Source of the DNA: Rhynchobatus australiae
Lineage: Eukaryota
Reading direction: 5' to 3'
NCBI GenBank assembly: GCA_034780895.1
Contig: JAUZTB010000107.1
Location: 94,734,025 to 94,798,024 of the forward strand
Length of the DNA: 64,000 nucleotides
Within the stretch, counting starts at the first letter, position 1; each line of letters begins with the position of its first letter. A model generated the notes under the pieces. That model did not search any database. It had not been told where the DNA came from and was given only the letters and a program-made list of their open reading frames with translations. Shown piece after piece: positions 1-11,950 of the stretch. A program made the position numbers and the translations under genes.

Positions 1-150
1 AATTCAGGAACAGCTTCTTCCCCTCTGCCATCAGATTTCTGAACGATCCATGAACACTCCCTCATTATTCCTTCTTTATTTGCACTATTTACTTATTTTT
101 AGAAATTTATAGATTTTCATGTCTTTGCACTGTACTGCAGCTGAAAACTA
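1..150 (+). mobile_element. Rex1/Babar-like LINE 3' end
   Basis: Encodes the C-terminal motif FRNSFFPSAIRFLN, followed by a T-rich 3' UTR. Confidence 0.6.
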
Positions 151-309
151 ACACAATCTGATTCTGAAGCTATTTGCCTCACTGTCTCTTTCATAACAAC
201 ATAGAAGATGACCATTTGGCTCAACTGAATTGTACTTGCTCTGAAGAGCAATCCCATTCCTTCACTTATTTCCCTGTAATCCATTCTTTCACTCGTATAT
301 ATTAACACT

Positions 310-790
310 AAGGATATGTGTGATGGAGGGAATTCAGCAAAGGTTTACTAGATTGATTCCTGGGATGATGGGGTTGTTAATTGAGGGCTATTCTAGAGTT
401 TGAAAGCAAGAGAGATGATCTTATTGAAATATACAAATTCCTTTCAGGCCTCAACAGGGTTGATGCAGCAGCTGACATTTCCCCTGACTGGTGTATTTAG
501 AAACAGGGGATATAGTCACAAGATAAGGGGTCAGCCATGTAGAATAGAGATGAAAAGCAATTTCTTCATTCAAATGGTAGTGAATCTTTGGAATTCTCTA
601 CTCAAGAGGGCTTTAGAGGCTCAGTCACTCAGTATATTTGAAAAAAAAGAATTATTACATTTTTAGATTAAGGGAATCAAGGAATTGGGGGTTTGTACAG
701 AAAGGTGACCCCAAAATAAAAGATTAGCCATGATCTTATTGAATGACAAAGCAGGCACGAGGGGAAGTGACCTACTCCTGCTGCTATTTC
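310..790 (+). mobile_element. CR1 LINE 3' fragment (decayed)
   Basis: RGYSHKIRGQPCRIEMKSNFFIQMVVNLWNSL is the CR1 ORF2 C-terminus, followed by the tail. Confidence 0.8.
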
Positions 791-3309
791 TTCAGTTCTT
801 ATGCAGCCAAATTGATGAAGAATACAAAGAAAGATGTCAATTTTTCAGAACANNNNNNNNNNNNNNNNNNNNNNNNNNNNNNNNNNNNNNNNNNNNNNNN
901 NNNNNNNNNNNNNNNNNNNNNNNNNNNNNNNNNNNNNNNNNNNNNNNNNNNNNNNNNNNNNNNNNNNNNNNNNNNNNNNNNNNNNNNNNNNNNNNNNNNN
1001 NNNNNNNNNNNNNNNNNNNNNNNNNNNNNNNNNNNNNNNNNNNNNNNNNNNNNNNNNNNNNNNNNNNNNNNNNNNNNNNNNNNNNNNNNNNNNNNNNNNN
1101 NNNNNNNNNNNNNNNNNNNNNNNNNNNNNNNNNNNNNNNNNNNNNNNNNNNNNNNNNNNNNNNNNNNNNNNNNNNNNNNNNNNNNNNNNNNNNNNNNNNN
1201 NNNNNNNNNNNNNNNNNNNNNNNNNNNNNNNNNNNNNNNNNNNNNNNNNNNNNNNNNNNNNNNNNNNNNNNNNNNNNNNNNNNNNNNNNNNNNNNNNNNN
1301 NNNNNNNNNNNNNNNNNNNNNNNNNNNNNNNNNNNNNNNNNNNNNNNNNNNNNNNNNNNNNNNNNNNNNNNNNNNNNNNNNNNNNNNNNNNNNNNNNNNN
1401 NNNNNNNNNNNNNNNNNNNNNNNNNNNNNNNNNNNNNNNNNNNNNNNNNNNNNNNNNNNNNNNNNNNNNNNNNNNNNNNNNNNNNNNNNNNNNNNNNNNN
1501 NNNNNNNNNNNNNNNNNNNNNNNNNNNNNNNNNNNNNNNNCTGCTTGCAATAAAGAAAATTTGCCTACACTTGTTAAAGGAGACCGGGATTGCAGCTGGA
1601 ACAGGTGCTGGGAGTGGTTTTACAGATGAATCTGACCTTAAAAACATTGAAGAATGCCACAACATGGTATGGACCAGGTCCCAAGGCTTTCAGACTCTGC
1701 CCAGGAGGTCTTAGCGAGGAGAGTTAGAAAGTACAAGAGAGAGACAATGCATCTTCCAGGCTACTAGACATAAACTCATAGGGAAGTGAGAGGAGAAAGT
1801 CATCAAGGACGATGTCATGAGTTAAGTCCCATGGACTTGAGTACAAGAATTTCAATGACAGCGCACAGGTGGTCAAAGTCACAACTACCCTTTTGTCACC
1901 CCCAAATTAAATTTCCTGCCTATGGGAAAGCTTTCAAACTCAAATTTCAACTAAATCTACAGAAAACTCAAAACATTGAATGTTATGCCTATTGATTCTC
2001 AGTTACCCCATGTCATCCCTATGTTATTGCAACACCCTCACTAAGCTCTGTCCAAATCTGGATCAGTTTTGCAAGTCTGATTGCATGTTGGCACTGAGGT
2101 TGGAAAGATTAATAAAGGTTAATATTTTAACTTCAAACTGATCAAAGTTTGTAATGCCTGTTTGTATTTTTTCTCCAACAATTGTTTGCTAAATTTAAGC
2201 CCCTGAATGCAAGATATATGCTGTCCAGCATAGTGAAAATTTCTTGCTTTATGGAACTGGCAACATTTCAAAATTTTTCTAAAGGAAAAGAAATTCACAA
2301 ACCCCCTCTGCTCCAAAATTTCAGCTGAAGTTTCATTTTAATCCACAAAAGATTTATCTAGAAACTCTACTGCACCCAGTGCCAAAAACTTCATTTGCAA
2401 CTGTGGTCCAAGGTCCTGAGCATAAATGATCATGTTTTACACATTTTCAGGATCAAAAATGTTCTGCCCAGTATTATTTGAGGCTGGGGTCAGGGAATCT
2501 GTGGTTACAGATCTCCATCTGGGAAGGGAAAGGGCATGGAGAGAGAAAAAGAGGGGAAAAAAGACTGAGATTTTAAAAAGGTTGGAGCAGGGCAGTAAAA
2601 TCACTTGTCAGTGAACATTGGGAATAATAGGATTATAAAACAAAATCAGTCTCAAAAGAGATTGCTATGGATTNNNNNNNNNNNNNNNNNNNNNNNNNNN
2701 NNNNNNNNNNNNNNNNNNNNNNNNNNNNNNNNNNNNNNNNNNNNNNNNNNNNNNNNNNNNNNNNNNNNNNNNNAACGATTTGACAATGGATCTCCATAGA
2801 TTAAATTGTTTTGTAATGTGATGAAACCATGGAAATAGTCTTGTTTAAGCCCTATCATTGTCCATATATATCATCTAATTGTGCTCAATGCTCATTTGAA
2901 AATATACAAGCACTGTTAAAGAAAGCAGAATAATATCAAAGATCAAATGGTCAAGGTCTTGCTTCAAGAACAAAACACCAAAGGCAATTCAAATAGAATA
3001 GTTCACTAATTTAAACCAATGCCCCCAATTTAATAGTACTTGATGCAAGGGTAAATTTTGCAGGGTTCAGCTAGCAATCTTATAAAATTCACCCATGTAA
3101 CTGCAGTATTGTGGAAATCAGCAGATTTAAGCCCATTTGTGCCACCCTGAACAACAGAGTACACAAAAGGATAAAATGATCTTGTAATCTTTCTCACGTC
3201 AGTACTCCTTCGAGCCATGCTTATTCTGGATCTCACTAAAGGCCTGTCAAGACCACATTAGCACTACGTAATGGCAATCCAGCGAGTTCTGCTTCCATGC
3301 ACTCTCTCC

Positions 3310-3565
3310 AAAGCCTAGCACATCTTTGATTCGTCTGCAATCACCTTCATTCTCTGTCCCCAAGTTCTTGATTGTCCATGTGGAAACAGTTTTTCTCCAC
3401 CTTCTCTGTCGAAAACCTTCATTATTTAAATATCTCCAGCAGCTTCCCTTATAATCCCCTCTGTTCCAATGAGAATATAGCTATTCCAGAGTATTCATAT
3501 AACTTAAGTCTCTTATCCCTGAAAACATTTTGGTAATTCTCTTCTGCATCCTCTCTAAAGTCTTC
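3310..3565 (-). mobile_element. CR1 LINE fragment
   Basis: Minus strand reads TLERMQKRITKMFSGIRDLSY. Confidence 0.7.
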
Positions 3566-4519
3566 NNNNNNNNNNNNNNNNNNNNNNNNNNNNNNNNNNN
3601 NNNNNNNNNNNNNNNNNNNNNNNNNNNNNNNNNNNNNNNNNNNNNNNNNNNNNNNNNNNNNNNNNNNNNNNNNNNNNNNNNNNNNNNNNNNNNNNNNNNN
3701 NNNNNNNNNNNNNNNNNNNNNNNNNNNNNNNNNNNNNNNNNNNNNNNNNNNNNNNNNNNNNNNNNNNNNNNNNNNNNNNNNNNNNNNNNNNNNNNNNNNN
3801 NNNNNNNNNNNNNNNNNNNNNNNNNNNNNNNNNNNNNNNNNNNNNNNNNNNNNNNNNNNNNNNNNNNNNNNNNNNNNNNNNNNNNNNNNNNNNNNNNNNN
3901 NNNNNNNNNNNNNNNNNNNNNNNNNNNNNNNNNNNNNNNNNNNNNNNNNNNNNNNNNNNNNNNNNNNNNNNNNNNNNNNNNNNNNNNNNNNNNNNNNNNN
4001 NNNNNNNNNNNNNNNNNNNNNNNNNNNNNNNNNNNNNNNNNNNNNNNNNNNNNNNNNNNNNNNNNNNNNNNNNNNNNNNNNNNNNGGGGGTGGGTGGGGG
4101 GGGGCAGTGGTGGAGGGTAAGGATGTGGAGGAAGAGAAACTGCTGAGGGCAAACAAACCTAAAAGGGACAGGCAGAAATCTTGCCAGAGAGCAGCCAGTT
4201 TAATTGTTGAAGTCTCCGCTGAATTTACTTGAAAGACTTTCTCTTTCCATAGATGTTGCCTGACCTGCTGTGTTTTTCCAATTTTTTTTTAAATTTCAGA
4301 TTTCCAACATCTGCAGTTCTTTTGAATTTTTTTTTAAAGATTAGCTATTGAATTCACTGCCATTTCTCTTCCATGAATGTCAAAACATTTAAAATTTCCC
4401 ACAAAGGAGCAAAGATTCCCACCTGTCCCTTTCACCCTGTTCACCCTCAGTGGTTTCTTTTCCTATACATCTCTCCCCATCTTCTCTGCTACTTAAAACT
4501 ACTTGTCTTGTGTGACAAG

Positions 4520-4671
4520 ATGGACTCCTGACCTCATCATGGCCTTGCACTTTATTGTCTGCCTGCACCACATTTTCTCGGTAACTGTAACACTATATTC
4601 TGCATTCTGTTATTGTTGTTTCCTTGTACTACCTCAATGTACTGATAGGATGAAATGACCTGTATGGATGG
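4520..4671 (+). repeat. Probable Rex1-like LINE 3' UTR fragment (same family as 25871-26080)
   Basis: Shares ccttgcac.ttattgtct...attctgttattgtt...tgtacta.ctcaatg.actg with 25871-26080. Confidence 0.55.
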
Positions 4672-5607
4672 NNNNNNNNNNNNNNNNNNNNNNNNNNNNN
4701 NNNNNNNNNNNNNNNNNNNNNNNNNNNNNNNNNNNNNNNNNNNNNNNNNNNNNNNNNNNNNNNNNNNNNNNNNNNNNNNNNNNNNNNNNNNNNNNNNNNN
4801 NNNNNNNNNNNNNNNNNNNNNNNNNNNNNNNNNNNNNNNNNNNNNNNNNNNNNNNNNNNNNNNNNNNNNNNNNNNNNNNNNNNNNNNNNNNNNNNNNNNN
4901 NNNNNNNNNNNNNNNNNNNNNNNNNNNNNNNNNNNNNNNNNNNNNNNNNNNNNNNNNNNNNNNNNNNNNNNNNNNNNNNNNNNNNNNNNNNNNNNNNNNN
5001 NNNNNNNNNNNNNNNNNNNNNNNNNNNNNNNNNNNNNNNNNNNNNNNNNNNNNNNNNNNNNNNNNNNNNNNNNNNNNNNNNNNNNNNNNNNNNNNNNNNN
5101 NNNNNNNNNNNNNNNNNNNNNNNNNNNNNNNNNNNNNNNNNNNNNNNNNNNNNNNNNNNNGGGGGGGGGGGGGGGGGGGGGGCATTCTGGCTATCCAGAG
5201 AATATGAAGGGTTAACCACTGAAATCAAAGCATTCAAGGACGTTCAAATTTGAAGTTGCTGGATGCAGCCCTGAAGGACAGAAGGTAAACTATGGGACTT
5301 AGCAGAGTGGTATCTTAGGGTGTGGTAATGTGGTATGAAAGTACTGCTGTCCATAGGGAAGAGCTAATTCCTGTCACTCCCAGGACAACATGCAAGGGAA
5401 GAGATGTCATGAATACAAAACAAAACACTGTGCAATCTGATTTCTAGGCTCTCATCTCTCACTTCATCCAATATGGCAATGAGAATCTTGAATTTCTGGT
5501 GGCATCATGAACTAATCAGGAATGCATCCACCCAAGGGTTACTGGAATTTCCCATTCTGCCACCCCAACACTCCCACCTCAATCCTAGGAAGGGGTGCAG
5601 CCTTCTA

Positions 5608-6590
5608 CAAGAACGGAAAATGAAATAGGAGCAGGAGTAGGCCACCTGGCTCCTCAACCCTGCTCCACCATTCAATATGATCATGGCGGATCTACACTGG
5701 CCTCAACTCCTCTTCTGTGCCAGTTCCCTGCAACACTTCATCTTAAATAATTCTAGTGGTCTAGTCTCCACAACCCTCTGCAGAAAGAAATTTCTCTGCA
5801 CATCAGTTTTAAATGACCAGTCCTTTATTTTGTAGTTAAGTCCCTTGTTCCCTCCTACTAGTGAAAACATCTTATGGAGCTTAAAAAAATTATGAGGGGC
5901 ATAGACAGGATAGATAGTTGGAGTCTGTTTTCCAGGGTAGGAGACCTAGAACAGAGGGCATAGGTTTAAGGTAAGAGGAGAGATCTGAGTGGGAAGGTTT
6001 TCTTAACTTATCTCTTATCTCCTTTGGACTGCCTCCAACGCTACTATATCACTTCTTTAAAAATAAAGTAAGGTTACAAAAACTGTGCCCAGTACTCCAG
6101 GTGTGGCCTCATCAAACACCCTATAAATTGGAACAAAACCTCCCTATTGTTAAACTCCAAACCATTTGCAAGGCCAAAATGCCATTTATCTTCTTAACTA
6201 CTTGTTGGACCTACCTGCTAGTTTTTTTGTGATTCATGCACTAGAACACAAAATTCCACTGTACTTCACTCATTTGCAGTCTTTCTCCATTTAGATAATA
6301 TTCTGCTTTTTGATTCCTCCTACTGAAGTGAAAACCTCACATTTTCACATATTGAACTCCATTTGCCAACAATCATTCAGTCTATCTATATCTCAATGCA
6401 ACATCCTCATCACAATATACCCTTCCATTTAGTTTTTGTGTCATGCCAAACTGGATACCCCCTCCTCTAGATCATTAATATAAATAGTAAATAAATTTAG
6501 GGCCAAGAACTGATTCTTGCTCCACTAATTATATCCTTCCAAGAGAAGGCCCATTTATTCCAACTCTATGTTTTCTATGTGATAGCCGGT
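5608..6590 (-). mobile_element. CR1 LINE 3' part, with an oppositely oriented CR1 piece at about 5871-6000
   Basis: Tail aggagcaggagtaggcc..., cccagtactccaggtgtggcct (RPHLEYWAQF on minus) and ttgaactccatttgcca (WQMEFN on minus). Confidence 0.8.
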
Positions 6591-7151
6591 TCCCAACATA
6601 CCGGCAGCTGACTCATCACATGTAAATGAAGCACAGGGGTTAAAATAGCCCGAACAGCAATTTAATGATTTCAGGCCAGTTTGATGCTTGACTACCAAGC
6701 TCACCTGAAACCCACAGATTTAAATTGTGCACTCCTTACCCATCACTATGACCTCAACCTCCGTCTCCAGGGCTTTATCTTGAAATAGGGTGATCGGAAG
6801 CCAGATTTAAATTTAATTGTGCCTTTTAAAAACTTCTCTCAGAGAAAGAAATTACCCCTTTTAATCAATTCAATTAAAGTGCTAATGGTAGCAATTGATT
6901 GAAGATTAATCAGGTAAATGGTAAGTAAATTCCAGGTGCAGCAATAACAGGGAAAAATATGAGAATGTATTCAAACTACATACTCTATCTNNNNNNNNNN
7001 NNNNNNNNNNNNNNNNNNNNNNNNNNNNNNNNNNNNNNNNNNNNNNNNNNNNNNNNNNNNNNNNNNNNNNNNNNNNNNNNNNNNNNNNNNNNNNNNNNNN
7101 NNNNNNNNNNNNNNNNNNNNNNNNNNNNNNNNNNNNNNNNNNNNNNNNNNN

Positions 7152-7166
7152 CCACCTCCAGATTAC
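7152..7166 (-). CDS. FBXO36: FBXO36 coding exon 2, 5' part only (rest lies in N gap 6991-7151)
   Basis: Minus strand reads ...aaacatag|GTA ATC TGG AGG TGG = VIWRW, matching human VIFRWW directly after the exon 1 junction. Phase 0 is compatible with exon 1. Confidence 0.8.
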
Positions 7167-8325
7167 CTATGTTTATATGAAATTACAGGCTGTCACAAGT
7201 AATCTGCACAATAACATTTATTTGCATATACGTCCATAATCTTAAAATGGAGAAGTTTTCAAATTTGTGAAGAGGTTTAAATTGAAAAATCTAATAAACT
7301 AATCTTAACCATTACGAATTTGTAATGAAAAATACTTTGATAAAGGCAAAGAAATGAAGCTGCATCATGCAAATACTTTTAGAGCTACCTATCTGCAAAC
7401 TGAAAAAAAACTTATTTGCCAGGTCAAGTCCACTCCAGAAGTTCTTCTGTGTGCTCCTGTCATAAGTTACGTGTGTTGATAATGTAATATCCATATCAAC
7501 AACAAAGATGACATACTGTAAATTCCAATTCAATATTCTTCCATTTATTGTCTATTCCCAAATTATCTTTTTACACAAATACACATTAAACAAAAATGGC
7601 AGCATAACTTTGGATTGTTAAACAGCAAAGTATTTAACAGTTTACTTTGGTTTCAAAAACTTTAATTCCCAGAACACTAAGAACAAGTAACCTTTAAAAC
7701 GATTAGAATCCCACATTTATATCCCCTTATTGAGCAACAGAAGCCCAAGAGAGTTTGGACTTAAAGTAGTAATTATTTTGGAATCAAAAAGAAACAGTTC
7801 TGCAGTAAAGTGTTTTTGAGATGTCGGTACCATATCAAACATTTGTATAAAGCAGACAATACTCAGACGTTCAACATTTCTTGGATGAGAACTACTCACC
7901 TACATTAAAGTGGGGGTGCTCTGGGGACTGCACTCAACAATAATATCTTAGGGTGCGGTAGGGCTGGAGGATGGTAAAAGGCATGGAAGCGTTCAAGGTT
8001 TGCTGGGAAGATGGGAATGGAAGGGTGTTTAAATTGTTTTCTGGATGCTGCTGAAAAAATGCAATGAGTATTGATGGGTCAGCAATGAAAAAGACATGTA
8101 TAAAGTTGCTTCAAGCTTAAGCAGAATTAAGTGCCATCACCAAATATTAAAGGTTTCCTGTGATATACTAGAAAAGATAATTACAGTATTTAATCAACTG
8201 TATGATGTTGTAGCATGTCACTTACTTCTGCTATAATATCATCAAGCATAGAGAATGGTGGTCCTCCTTCATTTCTTTCCCTGAATGTTCAACCCATCGA
8301 GACCAGGCATCTGTTCTTCAAACTG

Positions 8326-8660
8326 GAGATACGAGACTGCAGATGCTGGAATCTGGAGCGCAATAAAAACAAAATGCTGGAGGAACAGGGGGTCAGGCAG
8401 CATACGTGGAGCGAAATGGACAGTCAATGTTTCTGTTGAGACTTTTCATCTGGACTGATGAAGGATCTCAACCCAAAACGTCAAATGACCATTTCCCTCN
8501 NNNNNNNNNNNNNNNNNNNNNNNNNNNNNNNNNNNNNNNNNNNNNNNNNNNNNNNNNNNNNNNNNNNNNNNNNNNNNNNNNNNNNNNNNNNNNNNNNNNT
8601 TTCCCTCCAGAGCTGCTACCTGACCTGCTGAGTTCCTCCAGCAGTTTGTTTTTTGTTCTT
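8326..8660. repeat. Palindromic Penelope-associated (MER6-like) repeat
   Basis: ctgcagatgctggaatctggag...tgctggaggaac...ggtcaggcagc arm mirrored by gctacctgacctgctgagttcctccagca. Centre contains CTGATGA...CAAAACGTC. Confidence 0.7.
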
Positions 8661-8986
8661 TAAACTGCCTGCACAAGAAGAATCATGTACCCTTGATATT
8701 CCAGCATTTCCTCATTTTTTTCCCCATTTGTCTTGTCATTCTCTCACCCTGAAGGCCAGTGCAATTGCAACCCTTTTCTACTCACCCCCAACTACTCTCC
8801 CCCTGCTGGCTCTCACTGCTCCCATCCAGTGTTCATCCATTGCCTTCTTTTCCTGCTGCTATATCATGCCAATCCTAGTCCAATGTCATACCATACGTGG
8901 AATAGCATGTTATGTTTCATGCTTTTGCACCCATTGCATACCAATCACTAGAAAAACCCTCATCAGTGGATTATTGTTAACAGTAT

Positions 8987-9430
8987 TGTTACGAACCAAC
9001 AACAAAAGAAACGCACCGAGACATGTATGTGTTAAAAACTACTTTATTAATAAATACTTATGATAATACGTAAAATAAAAGTAAAAATGTTAGAATGTTA
9101 GAAGTAAAAATGTTAAACCNNNNNNNNNNNNNNNNNNNNNNNNNNNNNNNNNNNNNNNNNNNNNNNNNNNNNNNNNNNNNNNNNNNNNNNNNNNNNNNNN
9201 NNNNNNNNNNNNNNNNNNNGGATTGCAGTGACAGTCACAGTTATTGTTTCTCATCCATTGATAGAGAAAACAAGCAGGCTGGTCTCTCTCTCTCTCGCTC
9301 CTTCAGACTGACTCCCACTGGTTGTTTCAACAACAACGTCATGATGTTCTTTATCTTCTGGTGACATAAGCACGCTACACACACACACTATCTTAAAGGA
9401 ACCTCACTAATTGTAACCTAGTCCGTAACA
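8987..9430 (-). mobile_element. Solo LTR (Gypsy-like), copy 1
   Basis: Termini TGTTACG...CGTAACA, 4-bp TSD GTAT (8983-8986 and 9431-9434), AATAAA on the minus strand. Homologous to 16403-16885. Confidence 0.85.
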
Positions 9431-10230
9431 GTATCTATAACATCTAATTTTCCCATTGTTGCCATATTCAGTAAACTTTCAATGCTCCTATATCAGTACC
9501 AAAAGTACTGTTGTACTATCTTCCCATTCTCCAGCAATTACTATGGCAAAGATCCAACATCGAAACTAGTTCCATGCTCCTTGGTCCAATGGCCATCCTT
9601 CCAAATGCTCTGGAAACCCAAACTGTATTCTGGTTATCAGAAGTCTCATGTTACTTCCTTGCTCCCCCATCCAATTGGCCATCCAACTTAAAACCTGGAC
9701 AGCACCTTCCAAAATGTATATGTAACTCCTACAAACTGTCACCTACCTGCCTGCAATTTTGTATATCCTTCCTCCTATCTTCCTTTGTATCCTAGACTCT
9801 AAGAAAAAAAGCAAGAGATAAAATTAACTGCCTTCTGGAACTATTTTAATCGTCATCAAGGACTTGCATTTATTTACAGCTCTAATGTAATCATTTCACA
9901 CATTTTAAATACCTCACAAAATATGAAACATTTTTCCAAACTCACTGTGACAAATAGTAGACACTAAAATCTATATATAGAAAACAAAGTACAAGAGAAC
10001 TGTGATGAATGGTTAAATTATCAGCTTCACGGATGATGGAGAGTGGCATACCCGATGGGTCAGTTCTAGGGGCACTTTTTTTGATAGATATTAAATCATT
10101 TGGATATGTGGGGTTAAAATTTGTGGATATCACCAAGTTTAAAGATGTGATAAACAGTTTGGCAGATAACAACAGACTGTGTAAGGAAATAGGCTGGCAG
10201 ATCGGGCAGACAATCATGTCACTCCACTCT

Positions 10231-11950
10231 TTAAGAAGGGAGGAAAGCAAAAGACAGGAAATTATAGGCCAGTTAACCTGACTTCACTAGTTGGTAAGAT
10301 GTATAGAGTTCATTATTAAGGGCTAGGTTTCGAGGTACTTGGAAGCATATGATAAAATAGGCCAAAGTTAGCATGGTTAACTTGCCTGGGAAGGGGAAGT
10401 CTTGCCTGACAAATCTATTGGAATTCTTTGAGGAAGTAACAAGCCGGATAGGCAAAGGAGAGCCAGTGGATGCCGCTTACTTGGATTTTCAGAAGGCCTT
10501 TGACAAGGTGCTGCACATGAGCCTGCTAAACAAGATAGGGGCCCATGGTATTACAGGAAAGGTACAAGCATGGATAGAAGACTGGCTGACTGGCAGAAGG
10601 CAAAGAGTGGGAATAAAGGGGCCTTTTCTGGCTGGCTGCCAGTGATTAGTGGTGCTCTGCAGGGGTTGGTGTTGGGTCCGCTACTTTTCATGTTGTATGT
10701 TGATGATCTGGATGAGGAATTGATGGCTTTGTGGCCAGGTTTGCAGATGATACAAAGATAGGTGGAGGGGCAGGGAGTGTTGAGGAAGCAGGGAGTCTGC
10801 AGAAGGACTTGGACAGGCTGGGAGAATGGGCAAAGAAGTGGCAGATGGAATACAATCTAGGGAAGTGTACAGTCATGCACTTTGGTAGAAGGAATAAAGG
10901 TGTAGACTATTTTCTAAATGGGGAACAAGTTCAGAAATCAAAAGTGCAAAGGCACTTAGAAGTCCTAGTGCAGGATTCCCTAAAGGTTAACTTGCAGGTT
11001 GAGTTAGTAGCAAGGAAGGCAAATGCAATGTTCGCATTAATTTCAAGAGGATTAGAATACAAAAGCAAGGATGTAATGCTGAGGCTTTATAAGGCATTGG
11101 TCAGACCATTTGGAGTATTGTGAGCAGTTTTGGGCCCCATATCTAAGGAAGGATGTGCTGGTATTGGAGATGGTCCAGAGGAGGTTTACAAGAATGATCC
11201 AGGGAATGGAAGGGTTAACACGTGAGGAGCATTTGATAGTTCTGGGCCTGTACTCGCTGGAGTTTAGGAGGATGAGGGGATCTCATTGAAAGCTACCGAA
11301 CTTTGAAAGACCTCGACAGAGTGGACGTGGAGAGGATGTTTCCAATGGTAGGAGAGCCTAGGACAAGAGGACAGAGCCTCAGAATAGAAGGATGTCCCTT
11401 TAGAACAGAGATGAGGAGGAATTTCTTTAGCCAGAGGGTGGTGAATCTGTGGNNNNNNNNNNNNNNNNNNNNNNNNNNNNNNNNNNNNNNNNNNNNNNNN
11501 NNNNNNNNNNNNNNNNNNNNNNNNNNNNNNNNNNNNNNNNNNNNNNNNNNNNGTACTCGCTGGAGTTTAGAAGAACAAGGGGGGGATCTCATTGAGACTT
11601 ACCAAATATTGAAAGACCTGGATAGAGTGGACGAGAAGATATTTCCAGGAGTGGGAGAGTCTAGGACCAGAGAGTACACCCTCAGAATAGAAGGATGTCC
11701 CTTTAGAACTGAGATGAGGAATTTCTTCAGCTAGAGGGTGGTGAATCTGTGGAATTCCTCAGAAAGCTGTGGAGGTTAAATCATTTAAAGTGGAGGTTGA
11801 TAGGTTCTTGATTAGTAAAGGCATCAAAGGTTATGGGGATAAGGCAGGAGAGTGGGGTTGAGAGGGAATAAAAAAAATCAGCCATGATTGAATGGCAGAG
11901 CAGACTCAATGGGCCGAATGGCCTAATTCTGCTCCTGTTTCTTATGGTGT
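10231..11950 (+). mobile_element. CR1 LINE, RT domain through 3' tail (frameshifted, 5'-truncated)
   Basis: GNYRPVNLTS, SCLTNLLEFFEEVT, YLDFQKAFDKV, FADDTK, WQMEYN and RNFFSQRVVNLW, then tail gggccgaatggcctaattctgctcct. Confidence 0.92.

Noticed and set aside
3044-3058. TGC AAG GGT AAA TTT = CKGKF, identical to a recalled FBXO36 exon 3 motif
   Set aside because: It is on the wrong strand, is preceded by an in-frame TGA and has no flanking similarity, so it is a chance match. FBXO36 exons 3-4 were not found and may be in gaps or outside the window.
5161-5182. 22-nt poly-G run (possible G-quadruplex)
   Set aside because: It abuts an assembly gap, so its length and context are unreliable.
730-5237. 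Long ORFs in the track spanning 853-1540, 3566-4085 and 4672-5160 (likewise at 13.2, 27.6 and 29.2 kb)
   Set aside because: They are open only because N gaps translate as X; the flanks are repeat fragments or non-coding.
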